This document shows, piece after piece, positions 1-9,354 of a stretch of 37,679 nucleotides of DNA; within the stretch, counting starts at the first letter, position 1, and every line of letters begins with the position of its first letter. The stretch is from IMG/VR virus record IMGVR_UViG_3300032335_000058, positions 1 to 37,679 of that record; one strand, written 5' to 3'. The translations under genes were made by a program, and so were the position numbers. Origin of the DNA: a virus. Lineage: Duplodnaviria; Caudoviricetes. Below the pieces are notes generated by a model. It was not told the DNA's origin and searched no databases. It worked only from the letters and a program-made list of their open reading frames with translations.

Positions 1-123
1 AGCAGCGGACACATAATTTTTAAAAGTATTTGCCATGTTTTATCCCAATGCAATTGCCAAGGCCACAGCAGTACCTGCCGGGTCAGCGTCTAAAGTTACA
101 TACTCAACATCTGTCGCACCACT
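1..123. repeat. Terminal direct repeat (circular assembly overlap), left copy
   Basis: 1-123 is identical to 37557-37679, and gene order runs continuously across the junction (the stop of 40..2070 is followed by the ATG at 36/37592). Confidence 0.97.
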
Positions 124-2070
124 GTTTACCCGCACATACTTGCCGCCGTTAGTAGCAAATGCTGGCAGCAGCGCAGCCCTGGCCGCAGCCGCTGTCGTAG
201 CGCTTGTACCGCCCTGGGCAATCGATAGCGCCGTGGTCAGACCAGACAGAGAAGTGATGTCGCTGTTGGCCCCGGCATTGGCCTTAGTATTTAATGCGCC
301 AATGTTGTTAGCAACCGTAGTAATGTCAGCAGAAATCGGCGCAAGTGTCGAGACACCAGCAGACACCCCGGCCACCGTGGTCACATTGCTAGAAATACCG
401 GCAACAGTAGTGACATTGCTGCTAATACCTGCAACGGTAGTCACATTGCTAGATATGCCAGCCACCGTAGTGACATTGGCTGCAATGCCTGAAACCGTTG
501 ACACGCTGGACGAAATGCCAGACACCGTACTAACGGCTGACGATATGCCTGCCACCGTGGTGACATTGGCGCTGATCCCAGCAACCGTGTTTACATTGGC
601 AATGTTCGTGCCAACAGTATTGATGTTGGCAATGTTATTGGCGCAAACCTCAATCTCAGATACGGCCTCATTGAGATCATTGGCCGTGGTGATAATCTGA
701 GCAATGTCGGTAGCGCAAGTATTGACGCTGGCAATGTTCGTTGCCACCGTGTTGACACTTGCTATGCTTCCAGCAACCGCCCCAATATCTGCTCCATCCG
801 CTGCAACTGTCGTGACATTTGCTGCAATTCCAGCGACTGTCGTGACATTTCCAGATATGCCAGCAACTGTGGTGACATTGGCTGAGATTCCTGCAACGGT
901 AGTGACATTGCCTGAAATACCTGCAACTGTTGTGACATTAGCCGCGACCCCAGCAACCGTGCTGACATCTGCAATGTCTCCAGCAACGGCTGATACATCG
1001 GCAATATCGGCAGCAACTGTGTTGACATCTGCAATATCTCCCGCAACTGTGTTGACATTGGCAATCGATCCACCAACAGAATTGACATTGGCAATCGATC
1101 CACCAACCGCATTGACATTGGCAATCGATCCGGCCACCGTCCCAATGGTATTAGTGCCACCAAGATTAGACGCTACTGTGTTGACATTGGCAATGTTAGT
1201 TCCAACAGAATTGACATTGGCAATGTTCGTTCCAACGGTTTCAATTTCAGAAACCGGCTCGTTCAGATCATTGGCTACCGTGGTGATGTTGGCCAAGTTA
1301 TTGTAAACCGTGACAATGTACCCATCTGGCGCAGCGCCAGAAGCCCCAGACGCAACATCGGCCACCGATCCAAAATCATAGGCCCAGCCAGTACCGGCCA
1401 GATCATCGCCAATTGTGCCAATCTCCGTGGCCTTGGCGGCCAATGTAGAGATGTCGCTGCCAATGGCATTAAGATCCTCAATGTCCTGCTTAATGTCATC
1501 CAGATCCTCAATGGCCTGGGTAATCCCTGATAAGGCAACTACCTGTTCGGCAATGTCCGCCACTTCCTGAACGCCAACCAGGCTATTGCTGACATCTAAT
1601 TCGCCATTGGCATCAAATCCTAAAACTTTGCCAGCCCGCACACTTGATGCCGGTAGCACGGCGCTTAGTGATGTTGAATCGGTTTCGGCAAACTTGATTG
1701 ATCGATTAACAGCGGATTGCTGCTGCTGCACAATCTGTGTCAACTTATCCAGCGCTTCCTCATGGGTTTCTGCTGGGAACGGGTCATTGCCCTGATAGTC
1801 AACTTCCTGGGTAATCGGGACATTACGGACAATCACCAGGCTTGTGCCTGCTGCTGGGGCTGTCAACATAGTCACCGTGCCACCAGCAGGGTTTCCGGCC
1901 CCGGTAACCGTGTAGTCTGTGGTTATGGTTTTGACTGTCTCAGTACCATTGGCCGCCCTGGATATGACCTTTAAATGGTCATTGTCCAAAAAGTAATAAG
2001 TGACCGAAAAGGCCGTAGTCGAGCCATTGCCCGAATACGAAACCCTGGATGTTGAACTTGATACGGTCAT
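40..2070 (-). CDS. Tail fibre protein (T7 gp17-like N-terminal anchor, long 10-aa repeat shaft)
   Basis: N-terminus MTVSS..YSGNGSTTAFSVTYYF...FPAETHEEALDKLTQIVQQ is typical of podovirus fibre anchors. Tandem (I/G)SxNVTTVAG decad repeats, C-terminal AVALAIALG, and position right after the largest internal virion protein. Confidence 0.85.
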   Translation of the reverse strand: MTVSSSTSRVSYSGNGSTTAFSVTYYFLDNDHLKVISRAANGTETVKTITTDYTVTGAGNPAGGTVTMLTAPAAGTSLVIVRNVPITQEVDYQGNDPFPAETHEEALDKLTQIVQQQQSAVNRSIKFAETDSTSLSAVLPASSVRAGKVLGFDANGELDVSNSLVGVQEVADIAEQVVALSGITQAIEDLDDIKQDIEDLNAIGSDISTLAAKATEIGTIGDDLAGTGWAYDFGSVADVASGASGAAPDGYIVTVYNNLANITTVANDLNEPVSEIETVGTNIANVNSVGTNIANVNTVASNLGGTNTIGTVAGSIANVNAVGGSIANVNSVGGSIANVNTVAGDIADVNTVAADIADVSAVAGDIADVSTVAGVAANVTTVAGISGNVTTVAGISANVTTVAGISGNVTTVAGIAANVTTVAADGADIGAVAGSIASVNTVATNIASVNTCATDIAQIITTANDLNEAVSEIEVCANNIANINTVGTNIANVNTVAGISANVTTVAGISSAVSTVSGISSSVSTVSGIAANVTTVAGISSNVTTVAGISSNVTTVAGISSNVTTVAGVSAGVSTLAPISADITTVANNIGALNTKANAGANSDITSLSGLTTALSIAQGGTSATTAAAARAALLPAFATNGGKYVRVNSGATDVEYVTLDADPAGTAVALAIALG
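300..1310 (-). repeat. Degenerate 30-bp (10-aa) tandem coding repeat in the fibre shaft
   Basis: Recurrent (G/T)TGACATT(G/T) units every 30 nt encode ANVTTVAGIS/ANVNTVAGSI. A longer NDLNE(P/A)VSEIE unit occurs twice. Confidence 0.9.
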
Positions 2071-5000
2071 CTTATTACCTCACTAGGTTTAATCAGGAAT
2101 GTCTGGTCATTCTCCCTTTCAATCCTACGCTCCATTCTACGCAAGTACCCAGGATTCAGCCACTCCTGTACCCGGTAAAGGATTAAATAGTCCAGCGCCA
2201 TCCTGGTATAAAACAGGTTCATAAACGGCGTATTTGCAATGACCAGGCGGAATGTCTGCGCGGCTGCGTCATCCCCTGATTTAAGCCTTCCCCATAGATC
2301 AGCCAGGTCATCCATAGTGCCAAATGTTGGGCCTGCTACGGTGGCTAAAAACCCGCCTCCGTGGCGATTCTTCATCTCGCCAAACAAGAAGTCACCGTAA
2401 ATACCAAACGCCCCGCCCTGCAACATTGAGGCTGCCCAGGTAGATGGTGACAGCGGATCGCGTGGTGACCGGCCCTTAATCAGATCCTTGATAGCCATTG
2501 CGCCATACCCAAACAAACTCATCCACAGGATCATGTTAGCCATGCCCAACATGTCACCTTTTCCGTTTTTCAGGTAATCGCCCAGGTTGTCATAACCACG
2601 GCCATAAATTTCCCGGCCAATTGTGCGCTGCAAAATGGCTACTGGGAAAGATTTAAACTGAGCAAAGAACCTAGCAATCTCACCCCAGACCGTGCCAGGA
2701 TTTGTGCCGCGCAACAAAAATGCTCTTGTTCTAGCATCCGGCTCAATTACAGCATGCTCTCCACGGTCAATAAACATTGAGCGCATTGCGCCCTGGATGT
2801 CTTGAATCAGGTTAGCAACAGACGCATCATTGACCTGGCGGCCAACGCCCACAATGTAATTTTCAAGCGCTTCACGGGGTAAAGATGCAATGCCCTCCGG
2901 GGTCATGTATGTCCGGCCATCGGCTTCTTTGGTAGATGCCATGCGGATTAGATCCCATTTGCCTTCATCAATGTTGTAAAGGCTAAACAAATTTTGCAGG
3001 TCTGGGCGCAGGTCAATAAACCTAGTGTTTCTATGGAATGCGAGGTTAGCCGAAAGACTGAGCGCTGCCGACTTCCGCAAAGTTTCCGTCCACCAGGTCA
3101 AACCATTCCATTTAAAGAACTGGTTTTGCAACTTGGTCATTGTGCCGCCCATGTTCTGCTCACCATCAAACCGGCGCAGCACGCCATTACGCATGCTGTC
3201 AAAGAACACGCCCAGGCTGTTCATAATCTCTTGCTGCTCCTGGCTGCCACGGCCTTGCAGCAGGCCATTGATAGCATCGGCCATACCGGAAAACAGGGTG
3301 CGTCCCTGGAACCGCTGCTCTGCTGCGTATACCGGAATGTCGGTTATTGAGGAAATTACAGCGCCACCCAACTTAGACATTGACTGCCAGGTACGAACAC
3401 CGGCAGAAATCCTGGCGGCCATTTGGTTGGCAGGTATGTTGGCCGTGCCATCCACATGCGACATCAGATCCATGATTGCTTTGCGGCCTTCGTGCAATTT
3501 GATCCTGGCCTCTGGATCGCCGCGCAGATTGTTTTCCATCTCATCCAGCATGCGGCCAATGGCGGCCTCTGGATTTGTGCCAAAAATTTTCATCAGGCCA
3601 GCAGACCTGGCAGACCGCTCTAGCCCACCCAGCACAGCATCGGCAAACCTGGCAGATCCAAACTTGTCGTTATAGTCATACCAGGCATCACCGTCCCTAA
3701 AATACAGCGTCCTAGACTGCGAGGCTTTGCGGGCCAATGACAGACCCTGACCACGAAATGCGGCCATTGTGTCCTCATCAGGATCAAACTTCATATGCTG
3801 GCCGGACGCAAAATTGCTATACATCTCGCGCAGGCCAGCCTCGATGTCGGTCACGCCACGGCTGATAAAGGTCTTATCAATGTCAATTCTGGGCAGCACA
3901 AAATCGCGCCACTCGTTAAATGATGCATTGCGTACCCGGAACGGATCATGCGTCTGGCGGACAATGTATCCCTTTAAATCACGAATCCATGCGCCAAATC
4001 GATTCTGGGTATTGCGGGCATCATTTTGATACTTGTTAATAATCTCAGCCATCTGCACGGCTTCGCGTGGCATCCGGCTCATGTCGGCATTAGGATCAGC
4101 CATCATGTAAAGCGCCCTGGCTGTATCGCGGGCCATTGCCTCAGAGGTAAACAACTTCCACAGACCGGCACGCTCCATGTCGGCAATGATGCCGCCCATC
4201 CATTGGCCTAAGAATTGATTGATTTCAGCCTGGGCAGATGCCCGTGCGCCACGGCGCTTCATCTCAGACCCGGCAATCAGGGCTTTAAAGCCCTCAACTT
4301 CCATGCCCTTAAACTCGCCTTGCACAAACGACAGAGCCTTCATTCTGGCAGCCAGGTTAAGCGCTGCATTACGCTTTTCAATTACCGCCGCCATCATTAG
4401 GTTATTAGCCAATTCATTGGCTGCCTGCATAGCGTCAGATTGCAGGCTGGATGCCATGTCCTGGGCCATTGAGGATTCGCGGATCTTCCGCAGCCGGTTA
4501 CGCACAGATGCATTCTGAGACCGCAATTGTGCCAGCAGGTCATCAATTTCTTGCTTAGTTAGCGTGCCGCCAGATGCCGATTGCATGGCCGACTGTGCCG
4601 CTGCGTCATCACTAATACGCTCTGCTGCCGCCCGGATTGCTTTACTGTAAACCTCGGCTTTAGCAATGGCATCATCAAACAATCGCATTTCTGCTGCCAT
4701 GTCATTAGATTGATCAGCGCCACGGGAATACTGGAATTGAAACTCCATATCCAGCCCCATGCGCTCACGCCTTGCCACAGAATGCAATGACGATACGGCC
4801 AGCGCCCGGATGTCTGCCTCAGTCAATTCTATGTTGTCGCGCACCAATTGGAATGTACGGTACGCCCAGGCACGCACGGCTGCAATAATCTGCTTGACCA
4901 GGCTTAACTCTGGCGCATTCTCGATCAGGTAGGCTAATTGCTCAGATGCCACATGCTGGCTAGGCGTATCCTTTGGAACATTGCTGGCAGCCTCTACAAA

Positions 5001-8000
5001 CTTGGCATCACCACGGGCAATGCCTTCGGCCACCTGGCCCAGCACATCCTTGTAAATTGCTGCGCCAAGTAATTGCTCCATGCCCACATGCTCACCCACT
5101 TCGTGCAAAATTAAGCCACGAACTTCTGATGGGCTGACATTTTCAGCAACAATGTAAACCGTGCCATCTGGCCCGGTCATGCCGCGCACATCTTGTGGGT
5201 GCGGGCCATCAGGTAGGTTTTCTACCTTATTGACAATCTTAATCCGTCCTGCATCAAGCAGGGTTTCTGTTGATCTGCCAAATGCTTGGCGTAAAGATTC
5301 TACTAACTGAACATCCGCAGTTGGCCCTGCCTCATCTGTGGCTCTAGAGTATCTGGCTCCGATACCATCGGCAGATTCTTTGCCCTGAATAGCCGCTTGA
5401 ACAAGGCGCTCTCCCTCGCCCGTGCCGCCTTGTCTGTCTGCCCATCGCTTGGCTGCGTCAACGAGGCGCTCTTGATTGACTTCTGGTCTTGTGTACCACG
5501 GGGCATTGCCGCTCTCCGATACTTTAAAGTCTCCAGGGACTACCCTGTTTTTGCCCTTTTTGGAAATCTCCGTAAGGAACTCTCTAAATGCCGGGACAGA
5601 AAACTGAAACTCTTGTCCGTTAGGTGTATTGTAAACAAAATACGGCGTTCCGTCAGCATCCCTGCCATACATTGCGCCATATTCATAAGCGCCATATTCG
5701 CCTTGTTTGGCTGTCACTCTAGCAATAGCCAGGTCATCACCTTTGGCATCCGGCAAAATTGCGCCTAGCGTTCCGTGGCTGGCTTCTTGCTGGCTATCAG
5801 CAACCCAAGATTCCCAATGAAATCGGCCAATGCTTGCATCCTTTGGCCTGCCAAGTGCTTTATATATGCCAGCAATCTTTAACTCTAACGCCCGTTCTAT
5901 TGCTTCATAAATAAGCAAGCCACGAACACCCATTGTTAAATCAGCAAGTGATGTCCCAGCAACAGTCTTTTTATCTTCTTTGCGGCCATCATATAAATTT
6001 CTATTATTAAACCTTCCGTCATCCCACAACTGTCTTACTTGAACCCGATCTAAAACCATCACATCATCAAAGCCAACAACTAACAAAGAAAACGAGACAA
6101 CTTTATTGTCAATTCCAACACCTTCGCCAAATTTTTGAAATTCACGGCGAATCATTTTTCCGGTAGAGTTTGGATCTTCTAGCATGCTGTGTAAGCGCTG
6201 CAAATAAGATATGCCTGATTCGTCTTTTGCGCTCATCTTTAGCAAAAACGATTTGCCAAAAGCATTTAAATTATGGGTTGATCCAGCGCCTGGGAATCCC
6301 ATGCCTGCTGGCGCAACTGTTTTTACCCAGGCTTCGTATGCTGGAAAATCAGCAGTAGTAAATTGACCAGCCGCTGCCTTACGAATCCATAAATCAGCGC
6401 CTTCAAATGCATCAATAAACAATGATTCTTGAACATACGGGCTAACACCGCGAGACAAGAATGACCACAAAAATAACTTGCCTGTTGTAACAACATCTAA
6501 TTCTTTTGCAAGATACGCCTTACGAAATTCTGCGGCATTTTCAAAACCGTGCGATGCGTCAGCAATTTGACCTTTTGTCAAACGAGATAGTTTGTTTGCA
6601 GCATTGTCACTATTTATGTCACGCAAAAATGCATAAGGAGGAACGGGAACTTCTTCGGATGCAAATGCATAGGCAACCATTTTTGCCCATTCTTCTGGGC
6701 TGTCTCCAGCATTTGGAAACTTTTTCAAAATTGCATCAAGAGCATCAATTTGTTTGGTTGCGTTTTTGTTATTTGTCCCGGTTAAAATTAGTGGCTTTTC
6801 AGGCAATACCATCCGGCCCAATTTAGCCATAACCCGCAATGCAGGTTCAAAACCCAATTTATTTCCAGCGCTTATGCCAACGCCAGGCTTATCAGGGCCA
6901 CCCTGCGTCCTGGAATACTTGTACGCATCATTGCCCCGCTTAACCACCTCATCGGCCTGGAATAGCGCGTCATCCAGCGACTGTTGGGCATCGGTCACGC
7001 CTTTGGATCTTAAATCCACAGCAACCGCAGCGTCAGCGTCAGCAGAAATTAGGGCATCAATACTTTGCTGCTCATTGGCAGCAGCAAGCGCAGAATCCTT
7101 AGTAGTCGTGCCAATGGATTGATCTGCCCCAATAATTGGATCAACATTGACTTTTTGCCCTTCGGCCAATTGGGCCACAGACACACGCAACGCTGCCTCA
7201 CGGGTTTCAGCGGATACCCGGTTAATCTTGGCCGAGGCAGACGGATCGTTCATCATTCCGTCCATTGCCTGGTCAATCAGATCCATCTTGGTAGGCGCTG
7301 CAACGCCACCAAAAATATCACCCTGGGTAGGATCACCAGCGCGATCTAGGGCTGCATAGTATTCGTTAATAAAGCCAGAAATGGCACGGGCAGACCGGAT
7401 GTTGTCATCCAGGAATCTCAGAATCTCTAACTGCTCTGGTGTCATGTCACGGCCAAGAATGTCACCCTGGCTCATGTAGTCATCAAAATCCATGCCCTTG
7501 GAGCGCAGGTCAGTCAACTTAGCAACCGCTGCCTGCAGATCATCAGAAATGTCGGCATCAAATAACCGGCCTTCTGCAATACGCGCACGGGCATCAGCAA
7601 TCACACCGGCAGACCGGATTAGCGCCGTGGACAAATTGGCCGATGCATCATCAGTAGATTCAACCAGGCGCTTTAGGATTGGGCTGTCACCATAAGCACG
7701 GTACAGAATTGCATTCCGCAGCCGGGTAAGACCTTCTTTAGACAAATACCCTTCGGATGTCAGCAGCGCCGACTGTTGATTGACCGGAAATTGACCAACC
7801 CATTGCTTGATTGCGCCTCGATTGCCAGCCGTATTTAAATCTCCATTTTCAGGAATATCAAACCCACGAAAATCTTTTAAGCGCTCCGAATCCACTCCGG
7901 CCTGCTCAAGCGCCGACATGCGGGCAGCGCCCCCTTCGTTAGAAATAATGGCCGCCTGCTTGATGTCTACATCCTCGCGCAGCACCCGCACCAGCATGGG

Positions 8001-9341
8001 TTTTTTCATGCCATCAATGGCCGTGGCATCAACGCCAAATTCGTCCAACTGCGCCAGCAATCTGGATCGATAATTGCCCACCTTGCCAATGTCATACGAT
8101 GTCGAAATGCCCATCACACGGCCATTGCCGCCAATGACCAGACCATCCTTAGATAATGTCGGTGCGCCATAGTCCATGACGGGTGACCATTGCAATTGGT
8201 CATAATCAGGGTTATTACTAATCTCGCGGATCTGGGCGCTTGATGCCTGGCGTGTACGGTCTCGCCATTGATTGTCAGCCTTAGTCATTGCAGCCTCGAC
8301 ATCCACCAGGTCAACAACGGCCCATTGCGCGGCCACCTTGGTCTGACCAATAGTGACTTGGGTATCTTCGCCATAAATAGTGCCACGGGGTAGCGCTACA
8401 TCCTGGCCTTGGCGATCAATTGATCCGGTATCACGGATCAGCCCGGCAGCACGCAGCACCGATTGCGGATACTTCTGGGCAATCTCAATAACCTGCTCTG
8501 GACTATTGATGCCCTGGGCAACCAATGCGTCCACCTCATAAACCTGCTTTATCTGGTCAGTAGACAGCCCTAACAGCCGATTAAACGGATCAGGCTTGTT
8601 GCGGTATGCCCGATAAAAATCAGCCCCGCTGCCGCCCAATACATGCAGCCCACCGCCAAATACAGCACCAAATCCAATGTTAAGCGCTGAATCCAACATG
8701 CCGTAGTCGGCCTGCTCAAACTTGGCAGACCCATAGATGATTGGCTCAACCAGCGCAGCGCCAGCCAAACCTTCGGCAGCGCCAACGGCCAGGCGCGGCA
8801 GCACCCGTGAACCGGTAGTTCCAGCCCTAGCCAGCAATTGAGCATAGCGGGCCTGGCCCACAATCGGCACAAATGCCGTACCCACATTGATTGGATCTAG
8901 GATAGACGCAGCAAACGCAGTACCAAACTTGGCCGTGCCAGCCACAAACCCACTAGGCCCGCGCTGGATAATGTCATTGCGGCGCATCTCGTCTTGCTTG
9001 CGCTCAATCAAAATATCTAGCGCTTTGACATTGATGCCATCATCCGGCACTTCTAACTTGACACCGGATTCTTTAATCTTTTGCCTAGCAGTCAAAGCAT
9101 CCAATCTGTCTGGCGCTGCCACCGGCTGGACACCGGCCATTGCCTCTTCTGGGCTAATCTCTTCTGGCCCGCGCCCCGCTTCCATTGCCTGGCTTAACTC
9201 ACCAGCCCTAACAACTGACAGCGTGGGTGACCGGATTAGCGCTTCGCGTGCGGTCTGGTAAAGGGTTTCGCCTAGACCAGCCGAGTATTCGTCCAGGGTA
9301 GTGTTGCGTCTTGTCGGTAATCCATCGGTATAAATTGGCAT
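2067..9341 (-). CDS. Large internal virion (DNA ejection) protein with inserted polyvalent-protein domains: ddrB-like ParB, HhH-glycosylase-like, zincin metallopeptidase
   Basis: 2424 aa at the T7 gp16-equivalent position. Motifs QWRDRTRQAS..GAP..DGLVIGGNGR..PMLVR (ddrB-ParB), GIDNKVVSF..GFDDVMVLDR (HhH-GPD-like) and LILHEVGEH..SEQLA (zincin). The C-terminal half is helical and hydrophobic like podovirus ejection proteins. Confidence 0.8.
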   Translation of the reverse strand: MPIYTDGLPTRRNTTLDEYSAGLGETLYQTAREALIRSPTLSVVRAGELSQAMEAGRGPEEISPEEAMAGVQPVAAPDRLDALTARQKIKESGVKLEVPDDGINVKALDILIERKQDEMRRNDIIQRGPSGFVAGTAKFGTAFAASILDPINVGTAFVPIVGQARYAQLLARAGTTGSRVLPRLAVGAAEGLAGAALVEPIIYGSAKFEQADYGMLDSALNIGFGAVFGGGLHVLGGSGADFYRAYRNKPDPFNRLLGLSTDQIKQVYEVDALVAQGINSPEQVIEIAQKYPQSVLRAAGLIRDTGSIDRQGQDVALPRGTIYGEDTQVTIGQTKVAAQWAVVDLVDVEAAMTKADNQWRDRTRQASSAQIREISNNPDYDQLQWSPVMDYGAPTLSKDGLVIGGNGRVMGISTSYDIGKVGNYRSRLLAQLDEFGVDATAIDGMKKPMLVRVLREDVDIKQAAIISNEGGAARMSALEQAGVDSERLKDFRGFDIPENGDLNTAGNRGAIKQWVGQFPVNQQSALLTSEGYLSKEGLTRLRNAILYRAYGDSPILKRLVESTDDASANLSTALIRSAGVIADARARIAEGRLFDADISDDLQAAVAKLTDLRSKGMDFDDYMSQGDILGRDMTPEQLEILRFLDDNIRSARAISGFINEYYAALDRAGDPTQGDIFGGVAAPTKMDLIDQAMDGMMNDPSASAKINRVSAETREAALRVSVAQLAEGQKVNVDPIIGADQSIGTTTKDSALAAANEQQSIDALISADADAAVAVDLRSKGVTDAQQSLDDALFQADEVVKRGNDAYKYSRTQGGPDKPGVGISAGNKLGFEPALRVMAKLGRMVLPEKPLILTGTNNKNATKQIDALDAILKKFPNAGDSPEEWAKMVAYAFASEEVPVPPYAFLRDINSDNAANKLSRLTKGQIADASHGFENAAEFRKAYLAKELDVVTTGKLFLWSFLSRGVSPYVQESLFIDAFEGADLWIRKAAAGQFTTADFPAYEAWVKTVAPAGMGFPGAGSTHNLNAFGKSFLLKMSAKDESGISYLQRLHSMLEDPNSTGKMIRREFQKFGEGVGIDNKVVSFSLLVVGFDDVMVLDRVQVRQLWDDGRFNNRNLYDGRKEDKKTVAGTSLADLTMGVRGLLIYEAIERALELKIAGIYKALGRPKDASIGRFHWESWVADSQQEASHGTLGAILPDAKGDDLAIARVTAKQGEYGAYEYGAMYGRDADGTPYFVYNTPNGQEFQFSVPAFREFLTEISKKGKNRVVPGDFKVSESGNAPWYTRPEVNQERLVDAAKRWADRQGGTGEGERLVQAAIQGKESADGIGARYSRATDEAGPTADVQLVESLRQAFGRSTETLLDAGRIKIVNKVENLPDGPHPQDVRGMTGPDGTVYIVAENVSPSEVRGLILHEVGEHVGMEQLLGAAIYKDVLGQVAEGIARGDAKFVEAASNVPKDTPSQHVASEQLAYLIENAPELSLVKQIIAAVRAWAYRTFQLVRDNIELTEADIRALAVSSLHSVARRERMGLDMEFQFQYSRGADQSNDMAAEMRLFDDAIAKAEVYSKAIRAAAERISDDAAAQSAMQSASGGTLTKQEIDDLLAQLRSQNASVRNRLRKIRESSMAQDMASSLQSDAMQAANELANNLMMAAVIEKRNAALNLAARMKALSFVQGEFKGMEVEGFKALIAGSEMKRRGARASAQAEINQFLGQWMGGIIADMERAGLWKLFTSEAMARDTARALYMMADPNADMSRMPREAVQMAEIINKYQNDARNTQNRFGAWIRDLKGYIVRQTHDPFRVRNASFNEWRDFVLPRIDIDKTFISRGVTDIEAGLREMYSNFASGQHMKFDPDEDTMAAFRGQGLSLARKASQSRTLYFRDGDAWYDYNDKFGSARFADAVLGGLERSARSAGLMKIFGTNPEAAIGRMLDEMENNLRGDPEARIKLHEGRKAIMDLMSHVDGTANIPANQMAARISAGVRTWQSMSKLGGAVISSITDIPVYAAEQRFQGRTLFSGMADAINGLLQGRGSQEQQEIMNSLGVFFDSMRNGVLRRFDGEQNMGGTMTKLQNQFFKWNGLTWWTETLRKSAALSLSANLAFHRNTRFIDLRPDLQNLFSLYNIDEGKWDLIRMASTKEADGRTYMTPEGIASLPREALENYIVGVGRQVNDASVANLIQDIQGAMRSMFIDRGEHAVIEPDARTRAFLLRGTNPGTVWGEIARFFAQFKSFPVAILQRTIGREIYGRGYDNLGDYLKNGKGDMLGMANMILWMSLFGYGAMAIKDLIKGRSPRDPLSPSTWAASMLQGGAFGIYGDFLFGEMKNRHGGGFLATVAGPTFGTMDDLADLWGRLKSGDDAAAQTFRLVIANTPFMNLFYTRMALDYLILYRVQEWLNPGYLRRMERRIERENDQTFLIKPSEVIR

Positions 9342-9354
9342 TTGCTCTACCCGG

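Noticed and set aside
35-1306. Plus-strand ORFs 35..700 and 704..1306, and other plus-strand ORFs genome-wide
   Set aside because: Antisense shadows of repetitive or biased minus-strand genes, with no RBS or family motifs; the minus strand is already fully tiled.
300-1310. CRISPR-like array from the 30-bp periodicity
   Set aside because: Repeats are degenerate at third codon positions, contiguous, lack unique spacers, and encode a protein repeat.
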